From the NCBI GenBank assembly GCA_963663385.2, contig CAXXXD010000004.1:352001-416000 (forward strand): a stretch of DNA of 64,000 bases, written 5' to 3'. Position 1 is the first letter of the stretch; every line of letters begins with the position of its first letter. Shown here piece by piece: positions 1-9,602 of this stretch. The notes beneath the pieces are model-generated. The model saw only the letters and a program-made list of their open reading frames with translations. It was not told where the DNA came from and made no database searches. The stretch is from Oceanispirochaeta sp. GTDB taxonomy: Bacteria > Spirochaetota > Spirochaetia > DSM-2461. A program made the translations under genes and the position numbers.

Positions 1-1
1 G

Positions 2-232
2 TACGAAGCCGGGGAACTTGCATTTCCCGACAGCTTCAGGCATATGACATATGTGGCGGATGCTCTGGAACTGCTCCCTCCGGATACCATAATCATGCGG
101 TTAACGACGGACACTCCTCATCAGCGGCATCAGGTTCCCGGTGTTTTCCTTAACAAATCACGGATCTATGATCTCTTGCAAGATGAGCTTAAAAGGAGAG
201 GGACCTGTCAGGGGTTCCATTATTCCCCGTGA
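2..232 (+). CDS. Radical SAM protein, TIGR01212/YhcC family, C-terminal part (runs off window start)
   Basis: LELLPPDTIIMRLTTD...DELKRRGTCQG resembles the characteristic C-terminus of this family. Confidence 0.7.
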   Translation, partial: YEAGELAFPDSFRHMTYVADALELLPPDTIIMRLTTDTPHQRHQVPGVFLNKSRIYDLLQDELKRRGTCQGFHYSP

Positions 233-316
233 TTAACTTGCATTTCCTGCTTTTACCATCTTCCTGATTTCCTGTTTTTCAGGTTAAAATACAGTAGTGT
301 TTCTGGAGGTAGTGAA

Positions 317-814
317 TTGCCGGTCTTTGACTATAATATTTTCGAAAAGCTGGATGAATTAAAAAAACAGTATGAAAGCAATATGAGCAACAGCTTTATC
401 CGCTCTGCTCTTATCTCACTGGATCTTCCCTATGAAATCCGCAGCGGGATAGAAGGGATTACGGATAAGCTGGATTATAACAAGCAGCAGGGTTACCGTT
501 TTGAGGAGCTGTATAACGGGATCTACGGAATGGCTCTGTTTATCTATAGAGCCAGGATGGAAGTTGTTCCCGGTCTGAAAAACAGCCGATCCCTGGGTAC
601 TGTTTCGGATTCTGAAAAAATCCTGGCCAGTATGGCTGCGGAAAACCTTAAGGCGAATCTTAATATACTGGCCGACAGGCTCAATGAGCTCTACCTGAGT
701 GTCGTCCGGGTTGATGTGGATTCCCATAAAGTTAAAAGCCCTGTCTATAAAAGGATGCCCCAGATGGAAAAGCTGGGACAACTTCTGACGTCTACAGTTC
801 CCGGGCTTTTCTGA
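317..814 (+). CDS. Hypothetical helical protein, 165 aa (TTG start)
   Basis: GGAGG SD before TTG; no motif recognised. Confidence 0.7.
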   Translation: MPVFDYNIFEKLDELKKQYESNMSNSFIRSALISLDLPYEIRSGIEGITDKLDYNKQQGYRFEELYNGIYGMALFIYRARMEVVPGLKNSRSLGTVSDSEKILASMAAENLKANLNILADRLNELYLSVVRVDVDSHKVKSPVYKRMPQMEKLGQLLTSTVPGLF

Positions 815-1757
815 GTATTTTCAACGCCCAGGCACAGGCATCCAGAAGGCTTTCATCCAGATGTCCGCGACTCAGTTCTTCAATAGAAGGAAGGAGCTCT
901 ACCCGTCCTTCAGCTCCCGCTGTCAGTACGGCATTCCGTTTTAAAACCATGGGGCCTATCCAGCTCATTCCCACAGAACTGCCTTTAAACAGGTTGCGGA
1001 TCTCGTCGTCCTCCGCCTTTATCAGGAATTCAAGAGATAACCCGGATGGAATGACTCCTCTTTCCACAGTTCGTCCTTCCGGGATCTTCCTGTTTTTTGG
1101 ACAGACATCCTGACAGATTGTGCATCCGTATATTCTATTCCCCCACTTCTCCTTTATTTCATCCGGAAGGATCCTTTTATCACTGGTCCAGTTCTGCAGG
1201 CATTTTTCCCTGTTAAAACCTTTGTCAGAGAGTGCCCCGGTCGGGCAGGCGGAGGAACAGAGGGTACAGTTTCCGCAGCTTGCAGTTTGTTTTTTTTCCG
1301 GTATATCCGGCAGAGGTACAAAAGGAGGAAGTATCATGCCGGCAATGAGGCATATGCTGCCGAACTCAGGCGTTATAAGGAGGCTGTTTTTCCCTATGTA
1401 TCCTAAACCCGCTTCTGCAGCCATCTGTTTTTCCGGAAGAGTCGAATTGCAGAAAAGTCGGTACTCTCTTTTTTTAAGACTGCACAGAGGGGCTGGTGCC
1501 TGCCTGATAATTTTTTTCATCCTGTCAATCAGGTCTTTGTAATAGTTACAGCAGGCAAAAGGGGCAATTCTGCCGTTTCCACTCTCTGTCCGGTCAGAAT
1601 AGTTGTAAAAGGGAAATACTCCGATTACAATACGGCTATCCCCGGGAAATCCTTCATCCCTCAGTACTTCTGCAGCCAGTTTGCAGCGTTCCGGCAGGAC
1701 CGCGGAATTGAAGAATCCCTGTTCAAGAAAGAGAGGTTTGATATTAATCTCCTGCAG
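792..1757 (-). CDS. queG: Epoxyqueuosine reductase QueG (probable CTG start at 1757; ORF track starts at internal ATG 1520)
   Basis: EKQMAAEAGLGYIGKNSLLI, CGNCTLCSSACPTGAL, YGCTICQDVCP; frame stays open upstream (GRIAPFACCNYY) to a CTG preceded by AAGGAGGT. Confidence 0.85.
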   Translation of the reverse strand: MQEINIKPLFLEQGFFNSAVLPERCKLAAEVLRDEGFPGDSRIVIGVFPFYNYSDRTESGNGRIAPFACCNYYKDLIDRMKKIIRQAPAPLCSLKKREYRLFCNSTLPEKQMAAEAGLGYIGKNSLLITPEFGSICLIAGMILPPFVPLPDIPEKKQTASCGNCTLCSSACPTGALSDKGFNREKCLQNWTSDKRILPDEIKEKWGNRIYGCTICQDVCPKNRKIPEGRTVERGVIPSGLSLEFLIKAEDDEIRNLFKGSSVGMSWIGPMVLKRNAVLTAGAEGRVELLPSIEELSRGHLDESLLDACAWALKILRKAREL

Positions 1758-1793
1758 TTTGGACCTCCTTGTCCGGGGTATCGAATTTGTCCG

Positions 1794-1822
1794 TTGACAG
1801 CAGGTTTAATTTAACCTAAATT
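1794..1822 (+). promoter_or_regulatory. sigma70-type promoter, probably leaderless transcript
   Basis: TTGACA-17nt-TAAATT, 6 nt before ATG 1829; no SD. Confidence 0.65.
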
Positions 1823-1828
1823 AAGAGC

Positions 1829-3361
1829 ATGGTCAAAAATGAGCCTCAAGGTTTTCTGGAAAAAATTCTCGGACTTTTCGTTACAATCGGCGATGCAGAC
1901 AAAGACAAACGGCGCCTTCTCAAGGAAATAAAAAAAGATCTCAAGAAGCGGGGTAAATACTTTAAGGTTAAGGGTAATACCGCCCAGCCGGGATTGGCAA
2001 AGCTTTTCTATGATATTTACAAAGTTGTGGGTCCGGCTCAGATCCTTCTGGAATCACTCAAGGATTCCAGTGTCGTCCGGTCTATTATCATAGAGAATTT
2101 CCTTTCTGATCAACAGATAAGCCTTGTTGAATCCCTTAGTGAGTCCAATATAAGGCAGAGATGCGCTTCCGCAAAATCTCTGAAAGATATTCGGGATCAG
2201 ATCAAGGAAGAGCTTATTCAGACTTATACCTTTTTTGATCTGCCTGCTTCCCGTGAAATCAACAGCCTGTATACCTCTCTCATGGTAATGCAGGATTTTA
2301 TCAAATTCGATTACTATTTTCTTCTGAAGAAATTCGATTCGCTTATTCCTGAGCGGGATTTTAAATACAATCCGAAATTCGACAGTATTAATGGTGAATA
2401 TATTCTGGATGATCTGAAAGACTTTGACCAGGTTCTTCCCATGATTAATGAAGGGAATAACTGGGATGTTATTCTGGATGTCCTGACTCAGTACCGGGAT
2501 ATGGAGGTAATCTCCAGGGATGGCTGGAAAAAAGTTCTTCTTTCTGTCAAGGACTTAAAGAAAACTCACATACTCGAGCAGATTATCAAAGTTCTTGATG
2601 ACAATCCGAGCTATACCGTCCTTCCCGAATCCTACTCCTTTGAAATTGTTGAAGATTATCTGGCCGATATTAAAAATACAGCCGAACAGACCCTTATGAG
2701 TATCTTCGGTGAGAGAAAAAAGAACCAGAGAGACTCTCTGCTGATAAATGTGTTTGGAACCGTTTCGGTAGTGAGGATGAAATACTATACCGAGAAAGCC
2801 AATATGGCTTTTTCGAAAAAGGTCGATTCAGGGTTTACCCTGGTGGAGCCTTTGAATTTTCTAAAAGCCTTTTTCCTGGACTATTACAAGGGACCTATCC
2901 GGCAGATGGTTGACCGTCTTCTCATTACAGGAAAATGGTCTTCCAATATTGCTTCCCAGCAGTTTTCCGAATCTTACCATCAGTTGATGTCACTGACAGA
3001 TTCTCTTCTCCAGTTTGATAACTCCCTGGCGGACGAGACAGAGCTGGGAACCAAGCTGAACCGGCTGGTCCGGGCGGCAGACCGGGACCGGAACGCTCTG
3101 GATTCCATGAGGAATATTCTGAAGAACGTAAACAGCGAGGCTTCATCCATTTTGAACGAATCTGTTCAGCATCTGCTGACTATCGGCAAGAATCTGAAAC
3201 GCTGTATAGATGATTACAAGGCTCCCAAGCATGAATTAATCGTTAATTGGAAAGAGATTGAGATGATGAGCGATGAGCCTCTTGTCAATCATATGAGTGA
3301 GTTGTATAAAAAGATCTATTATTTTCTGCAGCTGATGCAGTATTATCTGAAAGAGGATTAA
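1829..3361 (+). CDS. Conserved spirochaete protein (DUF5312-like), 510 aa
   Basis: FDYYFLLKKFD and LNFLKAFF motifs, helical; family recalled from spirochaete homologues. Confidence 0.6.
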   Translation: MVKNEPQGFLEKILGLFVTIGDADKDKRRLLKEIKKDLKKRGKYFKVKGNTAQPGLAKLFYDIYKVVGPAQILLESLKDSSVVRSIIIENFLSDQQISLVESLSESNIRQRCASAKSLKDIRDQIKEELIQTYTFFDLPASREINSLYTSLMVMQDFIKFDYYFLLKKFDSLIPERDFKYNPKFDSINGEYILDDLKDFDQVLPMINEGNNWDVILDVLTQYRDMEVISRDGWKKVLLSVKDLKKTHILEQIIKVLDDNPSYTVLPESYSFEIVEDYLADIKNTAEQTLMSIFGERKKNQRDSLLINVFGTVSVVRMKYYTEKANMAFSKKVDSGFTLVEPLNFLKAFFLDYYKGPIRQMVDRLLITGKWSSNIASQQFSESYHQLMSLTDSLLQFDNSLADETELGTKLNRLVRAADRDRNALDSMRNILKNVNSEASSILNESVQHLLTIGKNLKRCIDDYKAPKHELIVNWKEIEMMSDEPLVNHMSELYKKIYYFLQLMQYYLKED

Positions 3362-3367
3362 CTCCCG

Positions 3368-3553
3368 ATGGAAAAGAATAAAGCTCCCAACTGTCTGCGT
3401 TGTGAGCATTTCTTTGTAACATGGGATCGGAATTTCCCAAGAGGATGCCGGGTATTCGGAATTAAAAGCCGTCAGATTCCATCTGTTGAGGTCCGAAAGG
3501 CAACAGGACGGGAATGTCCCAGCTTTAAAGAGTCCTCGCGTCTGAAAAAATAG
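3368..3553 (+). CDS. Small Cys-rich putative metal-binding protein, 61 aa
   Basis: CLRCEHFFVTWD...GCRVFGIKS...PS...TG.EC; in operon between DUF5312-like gene and ychF. Confidence 0.7.
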   Translation: MEKNKAPNCLRCEHFFVTWDRNFPRGCRVFGIKSRQIPSVEVRKATGRECPSFKESSRLKK

Positions 3554-3580
3554 AAACTATCTAAGTATTCTGGAGTAAAT

Positions 3581-4690
3581 ATGAGTTTGAATTGCGGTAT
3601 TGTCGGTCTTCCTAATGTGGGTAAGTCTACGATTTTTTCTGCGCTGACAGCAGCGCCGGCTGAGGCTGCCAACTATCCCTTCTGTACAATTGATCCCAAT
3701 GTGGGAATTGTAAGTGTGCCCGATAGACGTCTGGATAAAATAGCCGAACTGATCCCGGCAGAAAAGGTTATCCCCGCAGTAGTGGAATTTGTTGATATTG
3801 CCGGTCTGGTAAAAGGAGCCTCCAAGGGGGAGGGACTGGGAAACAAGTTTCTGGCCAATATCCGGGAAGTGGGGATGATTGTGCATGTGGTACGCTGTTT
3901 CGAAAATCCTGATATTGTCCATGTTGAGAACCGGATCAATCCTTCTGATGATATTGAAGTTATCAATATCGAACTGGCCCTTGCTGATATGGGAACGGTA
4001 GAGAACCGCATAACCAAGAATGAACGGTTTACCAGGAGCGGGGACAAGAATATCCGTGAAAATGCCCTGAAAATGAAACCCCTGCTGGAGAGGTTGAGAG
4101 ATCATCTGGGAGAGGGGAATCCGGCTCGCCGGATGGATTTGACGGATGATGAAAAAGCGCTGATTACAGATCTTCATCTGATTACTATGAAAAAGCAGAT
4201 CTACCTGTGCAATGTGGACGAAGACGGTCTGGATGGTGATAACGACTATGTAAAACAGGTTCGTGAAATCGCCGATGCGGACGGTGCCGAAACTGTTGTC
4301 CTGTGCGGTAAACTTGAAGCAGATATAGCTGCTCTGGATGATCCGGAAGAGAGGGCTGTATTTCTGGAGGAAGCAGGGCTGGAAGAGTCCGGGCTGTCCC
4401 GTCTGATCAAGACAACTTATAAAACTCTGGGACTGAGGACCTTTTTTACCGTTGGCGGTAAGGAGAATAAAGCCTGGACTTTTCATGAAGGGATGCTGGC
4501 GCCTCAGACAGCGGGGGTGATCCATACGGATTTTGAAAAGGGCTTCATCAAGGCCGAAGTCTACCACTGTGACGACCTGTTTGAGGCTGGAACGGAAGCT
4601 GCCATTAAATCCGCCGGCAAGCTGAGAGTGGAAGGCAAAAGCTATGCCGTTCAGGACGGGGACTGTATATTCTTCAAGTTTAATGTTTAG
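3581..4690 (+). CDS. ychF: Redox-regulated ATPase YchF
   Basis: GIVGLPNVGKST, ANYPFCTIDPN, DIAGLVKGASKGEGLGNKFL, HTDFEKGFIKAEV, FKFNV. Confidence 0.98.
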   Translation: MSLNCGIVGLPNVGKSTIFSALTAAPAEAANYPFCTIDPNVGIVSVPDRRLDKIAELIPAEKVIPAVVEFVDIAGLVKGASKGEGLGNKFLANIREVGMIVHVVRCFENPDIVHVENRINPSDDIEVINIELALADMGTVENRITKNERFTRSGDKNIRENALKMKPLLERLRDHLGEGNPARRMDLTDDEKALITDLHLITMKKQIYLCNVDEDGLDGDNDYVKQVREIADADGAETVVLCGKLEADIAALDDPEERAVFLEEAGLEESGLSRLIKTTYKTLGLRTFFTVGGKENKAWTFHEGMLAPQTAGVIHTDFEKGFIKAEVYHCDDLFEAGTEAAIKSAGKLRVEGKSYAVQDGDCIFFKFNV

Positions 4691-4770
4691 GACCCCTCTC
4701 TATTTTCCCCCCACAGGGGAGAAGTAACCCACTATTTGCACCCCTCCTCGGGAGGGGTTGGGGGAGGTCC
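4690..4770. repeat. REP-like palindromic element between convergent genes
   Basis: TTCCCC-cacaGGGGAGA and CCCCTCC-tcg-GGAGGGGTTGGGGGAGG hairpins; same units recur at 50847-50970. Confidence 0.6.
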
Positions 4771-4777
4771 GGGAAGT

Positions 4778-5944
4778 CTAGAACGCCGGGTCTATGGACA
4801 TGCTGGGTTCGGGGGGCGTAATAAAGAGGGGCTCATCCAGGAGGAAGTCCTCCATCAGATCCGATGAGGGCATCAGGCTCTGGCCTGAAGCCTGCCGGTC
4901 TATCTCCAGGAATATCCGGAAGAAGTAGCGGGACATGGTCAGTTTTTCCAGAAATTCCTTCTGTCTCTTTTCGTAGATCTGCAGGGTTCTGACAGTTGTT
5001 TCGGATAGTTCTTTCCTGACCTGGTCGGACCGGTCCATAATGATCGTCAGATCGTAAAGTGTGTAGAAGATGTGCTCCATCATGGGGAGTCTGGAGCGGA
5101 GACGGATAATTCCATTACTCAGGGAAATCTTGTCACGTGTGGCTTCTCCCATGGTAACGGATTCGTTTTCTTCAATAATCCGTTCCCACTTCTGAAAGAT
5201 ATCCCGTTTGGAGCTTAGCTCCGCATAGGTTTCGAGGAAGCCGGGAGCGCTCTGAAGGTATCTGTCTGAATAATATTCCAGTGAAACGGCTCCGTTGATC
5301 AGGAGGGCATCCAGTCTGGCTTTCTGCCAATCCTTAATATAGGCTTCGATACTTCCCGGATCCAGATTTTTTACATATGTTGTGTTTGAAGTATCTTTTT
5401 CATAGATACTTCCCGGCTGTATATATTCATCACTCCCGTCTGTGGTGCATTGAACTCTCCCTTCCCGGCATGTCACCAGGAGAGAGGTGTCAGGGGCTGT
5501 TATAACGGAGAATACAGTTCCCCGGACGCCCATTACGGAGGAATCCGTTTTAATGTTCAACTGACTGCCTGTAATCAGGGCGGCAGCCCTTGTCTGAATG
5601 GCTCCTCTATGCAGGTTAAGAGTTGTTTGCGGGGACTGCTTCTTTATGGCATGTTCCATAAAAAGGGTAGAGTCCTCCATTACCCGAACATATACTTCCT
5701 GGGATACAGGTGTTTCCACCAGAATCTCAAGGTATCCGTCCGGACCGGTTTGTATTATATCGTAGGGAAAAATCTCTGTTCCGTAGTCTATATCATCTTC
5801 ATTCAGGAACTCTCCGTTTCTTGAAATGGATAAAGATCCGTCCAGATCGACTATTTCCGCCCGGATTTCCGATACCGCCGGAAAAACAGCTAGAATCAAC
5901 AGTGCAATAGAAAACAGTATTATTTGAAAAATGTATTTCTTCAT
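4778..5944 (-). CDS. Secreted FecR-domain protein
   Basis: Signal peptide; DIIQTGPDG, IKTDSSVMGVRGTVF, VTCREGRV FecR motifs. Confidence 0.8.
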   Translation of the reverse strand: MKKYIFQIILFSIALLILAVFPAVSEIRAEIVDLDGSLSISRNGEFLNEDDIDYGTEIFPYDIIQTGPDGYLEILVETPVSQEVYVRVMEDSTLFMEHAIKKQSPQTTLNLHRGAIQTRAAALITGSQLNIKTDSSVMGVRGTVFSVITAPDTSLLVTCREGRVQCTTDGSDEYIQPGSIYEKDTSNTTYVKNLDPGSIEAYIKDWQKARLDALLINGAVSLEYYSDRYLQSAPGFLETYAELSSKRDIFQKWERIIEENESVTMGEATRDKISLSNGIIRLRSRLPMMEHIFYTLYDLTIIMDRSDQVRKELSETTVRTLQIYEKRQKEFLEKLTMSRYFFRIFLEIDRQASGQSLMPSSDLMEDFLLDEPLFITPPEPSMSIDPAF

Positions 5945-6077
5945 GTGTTCCTCAATTCAGGGCTCACCTTTAATATAAACCTGTTCACTAAGATTATCAA
6001 TTAATTAGCCCGTTAAATTCTTCTCCGGATCCTCCGGCAGCTCCTTGTCTGAATCCTGTCGTATCTCTTTTCTCAAT

Positions 6078-6106
6078 AAAAAAAACCGCCCCGGAATGAG
6101 GCGGTT
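6078..6106 (-). terminator. Rho-independent terminator of LPP20 gene
   Basis: On minus strand AACCGCC...GGCGGTT followed by T run. Confidence 0.7.
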
Positions 6107-6140
6107 CTGATCTTTAATATTCTGTTTAAAAACCGGTCTT

Positions 6141-6701
6141 TCAGTTGTTTGCTGTAGATTTGAGGGGCTCCTCTTCCAGACTGGCTTCCAGCATTTTAAG
6201 TGCCTGATCAGCTTTGAACTCAGCAAAAGCTGCATCTTCGTTTCTGGCAAAGATATCGGCGACTTCTTCTGTCATGGCGTTCTTTGGATAGGAAACCATG
6301 GCATACCAGTTTCCGTCTACGGCAGCATATACTTTTTCTGTTACAGCTCCGTTCAGTTCCACATCAGCAACCTGTTTTGTAATGGATTCAACAAAGGTTA
6401 TCGCCTGAGAATTTCCGTCAGCACCAGCTTCCTGAGCATAATCTGTCATCATGGACTGTACGCGTGTACTTACCTGGAAGGCGACATCTTTTCTGGCTCT
6501 TGCAATGGCGGTATCTCTGGAAAGGCTGTCGGAAGACATTTTTGCCTGTCCCAGTCCATATATAACATCTTCAGATACGGGAGGGTTCAGATACCATTCG
6601 GGAAGGTCTCTTCTTTCTTCAACTTTCTCTCCGGAAGCACAACCGGCCAATAGGGCAATAAGCATTAGAATCGATCCAATAAAAATCAGATTTTTTTTCA
6701 T
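6141..6701 (-). CDS. LPP20-family lipoprotein
   Basis: Lipobox LAGC; LPEWYLNPP...IYGLGQA...AIARARKDVA. Confidence 0.8.
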   Translation of the reverse strand: MKKNLIFIGSILMLIALLAGCASGEKVEERRDLPEWYLNPPVSEDVIYGLGQAKMSSDSLSRDTAIARARKDVAFQVSTRVQSMMTDYAQEAGADGNSQAITFVESITKQVADVELNGAVTEKVYAAVDGNWYAMVSYPKNAMTEEVADIFARNEDAAFAEFKADQALKMLEASLEEEPLKSTANN

Positions 6702-6819
6702 GTGTAATCTCCTTGATCATCATTGCTTTTACTATAACAAAGTAAAAAGTCATTTATGTTCTTTTTTTATTATATTCTCTATTGTATGTGATATCCAGAT
6801 TAGTTCAAATTATTTTGAT

Positions 6820-7515
6820 TTATTTTAATGAACCCAGGTATTCCTTCAGTGCTTCAAATGTGGGAGCTGACAGATCAATCTCCCATGATCTCTGACCGAC
6901 ATTTTCCGGGTAGTGCGCATCGGAGCCGGTCAGTTCCGGGTATCCATGGGTGTTCAGGCTGCAGGGAGAGTGCATAACCTCAACCGCGTCATAGTCATTG
7001 TCCGGAAGAAAGCCCAGCTGGCTGGATATGCTGAAGGCGGAGCGGTCAATATGGGCCGGTATGAAGAGTCCCCCCTCTTTATGGACCATGGGGATCAGTT
7101 CTTCAATGGAATACTCTACGGCTCCTCCGGCCAGAAACTTATCCAGTTCTCCCAGGATTCCCTCATCCTCATCTACTATGATCTGGTCGCCCATGCTGTC
7201 CGGGTCATTGGGAATCGTGGCCAGACTCTCATACATTTTAAATCCGAATTTCATGGCTGTTTTAAGGTCGCCGAACAGGCAGAGAAGGTGGGCTTCCTCC
7301 CGTCCCGTCACTTCCAGGCCGAAGACGGGGGTGATTCCGGCCCGGCTGCAGCAGATTTCAAAGGCCGGCAGGTTGTCTACCGCATTATGATCCGTAAGGG
7401 CCAGCATACGGATCTCTCTCCTAGCCGCTTCTTCTACAAGACGGGAAGGTGACATTTCCAGACTGCCGCAGGGACTGAGGCAGGAGTGATTGTGAAGATC
7501 CAGGCGGCAGATCAT
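6820..7515 (-). CDS. PHP-domain phosphoesterase (hydrogenase-cluster-associated type)
   Basis: DLHNHSCLSPC, LTDHN, GLEVT, EEAH, PAHIDR, GSDAH. Confidence 0.9.
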   Translation of the reverse strand: MICRLDLHNHSCLSPCGSLEMSPSRLVEEAARREIRMLALTDHNAVDNLPAFEICCSRAGITPVFGLEVTGREEAHLLCLFGDLKTAMKFGFKMYESLATIPNDPDSMGDQIIVDEDEGILGELDKFLAGGAVEYSIEELIPMVHKEGGLFIPAHIDRSAFSISSQLGFLPDNDYDAVEVMHSPCSLNTHGYPELTGSDAHYPENVGQRSWEIDLSAPTFEALKEYLGSLK

Positions 7516-7841
7516 TACAGGAGCGAGTGAATCTTCCAGGAAGCGGTAAACTGATTGTCCTTTGTGCGGAATACGGAGATCTCCTCATCGGCGGCGGAAC
7601 TCAGCATATCTTCCGGGGCCGGTCTGTTATTGCATATCAGGATGGTTCTGATGCCGGCCAGAGAAGCGACGGCTACTGTGTTTTTATGAGCCTGAATCGT
7701 TATAAGTACAGAGTCTTCCGGGGCGTTTCCCATTACATCGCTCAGGAGATCCGAGGTATATCCCCCGGTAATCTCTTCATCCATGTCCTCTTTAACCAGG
7801 CATTCGTAGGCGAGTTTATCGGACAGATCCTTAACCTTCAT
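7515..7841 (-). CDS. DRTGG-domain protein
   Basis: GGYTSDLLSDVMGNA...LITIQAHKNTVAVASL. Confidence 0.85.
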   Translation of the reverse strand: MKVKDLSDKLAYECLVKEDMDEEITGGYTSDLLSDVMGNAPEDSVLITIQAHKNTVAVASLAGIRTILICNNRPAPEDMLSSAADEEISVFRTKDNQFTASWKIHSLL

Positions 7842-8773
7842 TTTTTATCTCCTCTTTCTTCTGCAGTTTTTGTATATATCAGGGAGGTAACAACCGTACC
7901 TTTTCCCGGTGTGGATTCAATATTGAAATCATCGGAAACGCGCATTACATTGGGGAGGCCCATGCCTGCTCCGAACCCGAGGGAACGAATCCAGTCGTTG
8001 GCTGTTGAAAACCCTTCGGTCAGGGCACTCTGAACATTTTCAATTCCCGGTCCAGTGTCGGTTGCCACAATCCTGACGCTGTCATCGTTCAGGTGAAACT
8101 GCATATGCCCTCCAAGGGAATGGACGACCTGATTGATTTCCAGTTCATAGGAAGCCACGGCTATGCGCCGTATGATCTTCCTGTCTACCTGACGTTTCTT
8201 CAGGGCTTTTTTTATTTCTGTTGAAGCTTTTCCGGCATTTTCGAAATCATAACGGTGGCAGATGAAATTCATCTCTTCAGGACTGTTCCCTTCCTGCTCC
8301 TTTTTGGGGATCAGATCTTCCAGTCTTGTCATCTCCTGATTCATTTCCAGGAGAAGATGGTTAACGATATCCCTGCTGGTTATAATCCCGACCAGCTCTT
8401 TATGCATGTTGAGCACAGGAAACCGGCCGTAATGATACTTGTCCATATAGTTTATGGCGAAAGAGAGGGGCATGTCCTCTTCCAGGACTATAACATTACG
8501 GGTCATATGCTCCTGGGCGCTCTCTTCAATCTGCCCCTTGTCCATTGTGGATAGAAGGTCTTCCATACTGACAATGCCGAGCAGACGGTTGCCTTCGGTA
8601 ACGGGAACACCTGTAATCCTCTCCTCTTTCATAATATGCTGGATGTCTCTCATGGAACTGTTTTTCCCGACTGTTTTAACCCGACGTGTCATCACATCCT
8701 TGATTTTAAGACGAAAGATCATTTCCAGTATGACCGAGGGAGAATTCTCCGTATTAAGGGGGATTGCTTGCAT
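7838..8773 (-). CDS. CBS-pair + anti-sigma-type (RsbW/SpoIIAB-like) Ser/Thr kinase fusion
   Basis: IKDVMT/GVPV/GRFPV CBS repeats; YELEINQVVH, DTGPGI, GFGAGMGLPN, GKGT HATPase motifs. Confidence 0.88.
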   Translation of the reverse strand: MQAIPLNTENSPSVILEMIFRLKIKDVMTRRVKTVGKNSSMRDIQHIMKEERITGVPVTEGNRLLGIVSMEDLLSTMDKGQIEESAQEHMTRNVIVLEEDMPLSFAINYMDKYHYGRFPVLNMHKELVGIITSRDIVNHLLLEMNQEMTRLEDLIPKKEQEGNSPEEMNFICHRYDFENAGKASTEIKKALKKRQVDRKIIRRIAVASYELEINQVVHSLGGHMQFHLNDDSVRIVATDTGPGIENVQSALTEGFSTANDWIRSLGFGAGMGLPNVMRVSDDFNIESTPGKGTVVTSLIYTKTAEERGDKK

Positions 8774-8781
8774 ATTAATTC

Positions 8782-8809
8782 AGTTTAACCATTTTCCGGG
8801 ACAAGTCAA
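8782..8809 (-). promoter_or_regulatory. sigma70-type promoter for CBS-kinase/DRTGG/PHP operon, near-leaderless
   Basis: TTGACT-16nt-TAAACT, 8 nt before ATG 8773. Confidence 0.6.
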
Positions 8810-8818
8810 TCTTGGGGG

Positions 8819-9448
8819 TTACTCCATGTTGTCACTTTTTCCGCTGATCTGAAAGAACAGATTTTCCAGTTCCAGACAGATATTCACATTCTGTACCCGA
8901 AGCTGTTCGGATGACTTCAGTTCCACGGGAGTGAAATTCAGGATCCCCTTGATATCGGCTTCCAGAAGAAGGTCTCTGGTGTGGGATGCCGCTCCCGCGG
9001 GAACGCAAAGTATGGCGACTCTGATTTTATGCTGGGTAAGGTAGTTGTTCAGCACTTCCATCGGATAGATGGGGATTCCGTTTATCTCCGCTTCCCGGGG
9101 GTTGATGTCGAATCCTGCCGTTATATTTATCCCTTCCTTATAAAAGGCCTCATGTTTTATCAGTGCTTTTCCCAGGTTCCCGCAGCCTACAACAACCACA
9201 TCCTGCAGTTCGCTGGTCCCCAGTATCTCATTAAGGGCGTCAATCAGATCGTTGATGTTGTATCCCCCCTTTCTGTTTCCCTGAACGAGCTGCAGCCTGG
9301 AGAAGTCTTTTCGTACCAGGGCAGGAGTAACTCCCACGGCATCTCCCAGGTTGTTGGAAAAAACTTTTTCCAGTCCCAGAGATTTTAACTGAATAAGTAT
9401 CCTTTTATATTTTATCAGGCGCGCTGTAAACTCTTTATTCGTTCTCAT
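8819..9448 (-). CDS. rex: Redox-sensing transcriptional repressor Rex
   Basis: RLIKYKRIL...VRKDFS...GY wHTH; VVVGCGNLGKAL Rossmann fold; GILNFTP. Confidence 0.95.
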   Translation of the reverse strand: MRTNKEFTARLIKYKRILIQLKSLGLEKVFSNNLGDAVGVTPALVRKDFSRLQLVQGNRKGGYNINDLIDALNEILGTSELQDVVVVGCGNLGKALIKHEAFYKEGINITAGFDINPREAEINGIPIYPMEVLNNYLTQHKIRVAILCVPAGAASHTRDLLLEADIKGILNFTPVELKSSEQLRVQNVNICLELENLFFQISGKSDNME

Positions 9449-9458
9449 AATTCATTTA

Positions 9459-9476
9459 TTGTAATTGAATTCACAA
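9459..9476. promoter_or_regulatory. Rex operator overlapping rex promoter
   Basis: TTGTAAT-TGAA-TTCACAA vs consensus TTGTGAA-N4-TTCACAA; lies within minus-strand TTTACA-17-TACAAT promoter. Confidence 0.75.
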
Positions 9477-9534
9477 TAAATGTAAAGTTAGTCAATCCTA
9501 AGCGTTTTTGATCACAAAAACCTCTGATTAATTG

Positions 9535-9563
9535 TTGTCATTTTTAAAAAGAACTCATATACT
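9535..9563 (+). promoter_or_regulatory. sigma70-type promoter of hnd hydrogenase operon
   Basis: TTGTCA-17nt-TATACT; GGAGG SD before ATG 9603. Confidence 0.7.
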
Positions 9564-9602
9564 GGTCCAATCAATATTTTTATATAGATTAATGGAGGTT
9601 CC

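Noticed and set aside
3557..4567. 336-aa antisense ORF (similar long shadows lie opposite hndC/hndD and uraA)
   Set aside because: Lies opposite well-conserved genes; explained by codon bias
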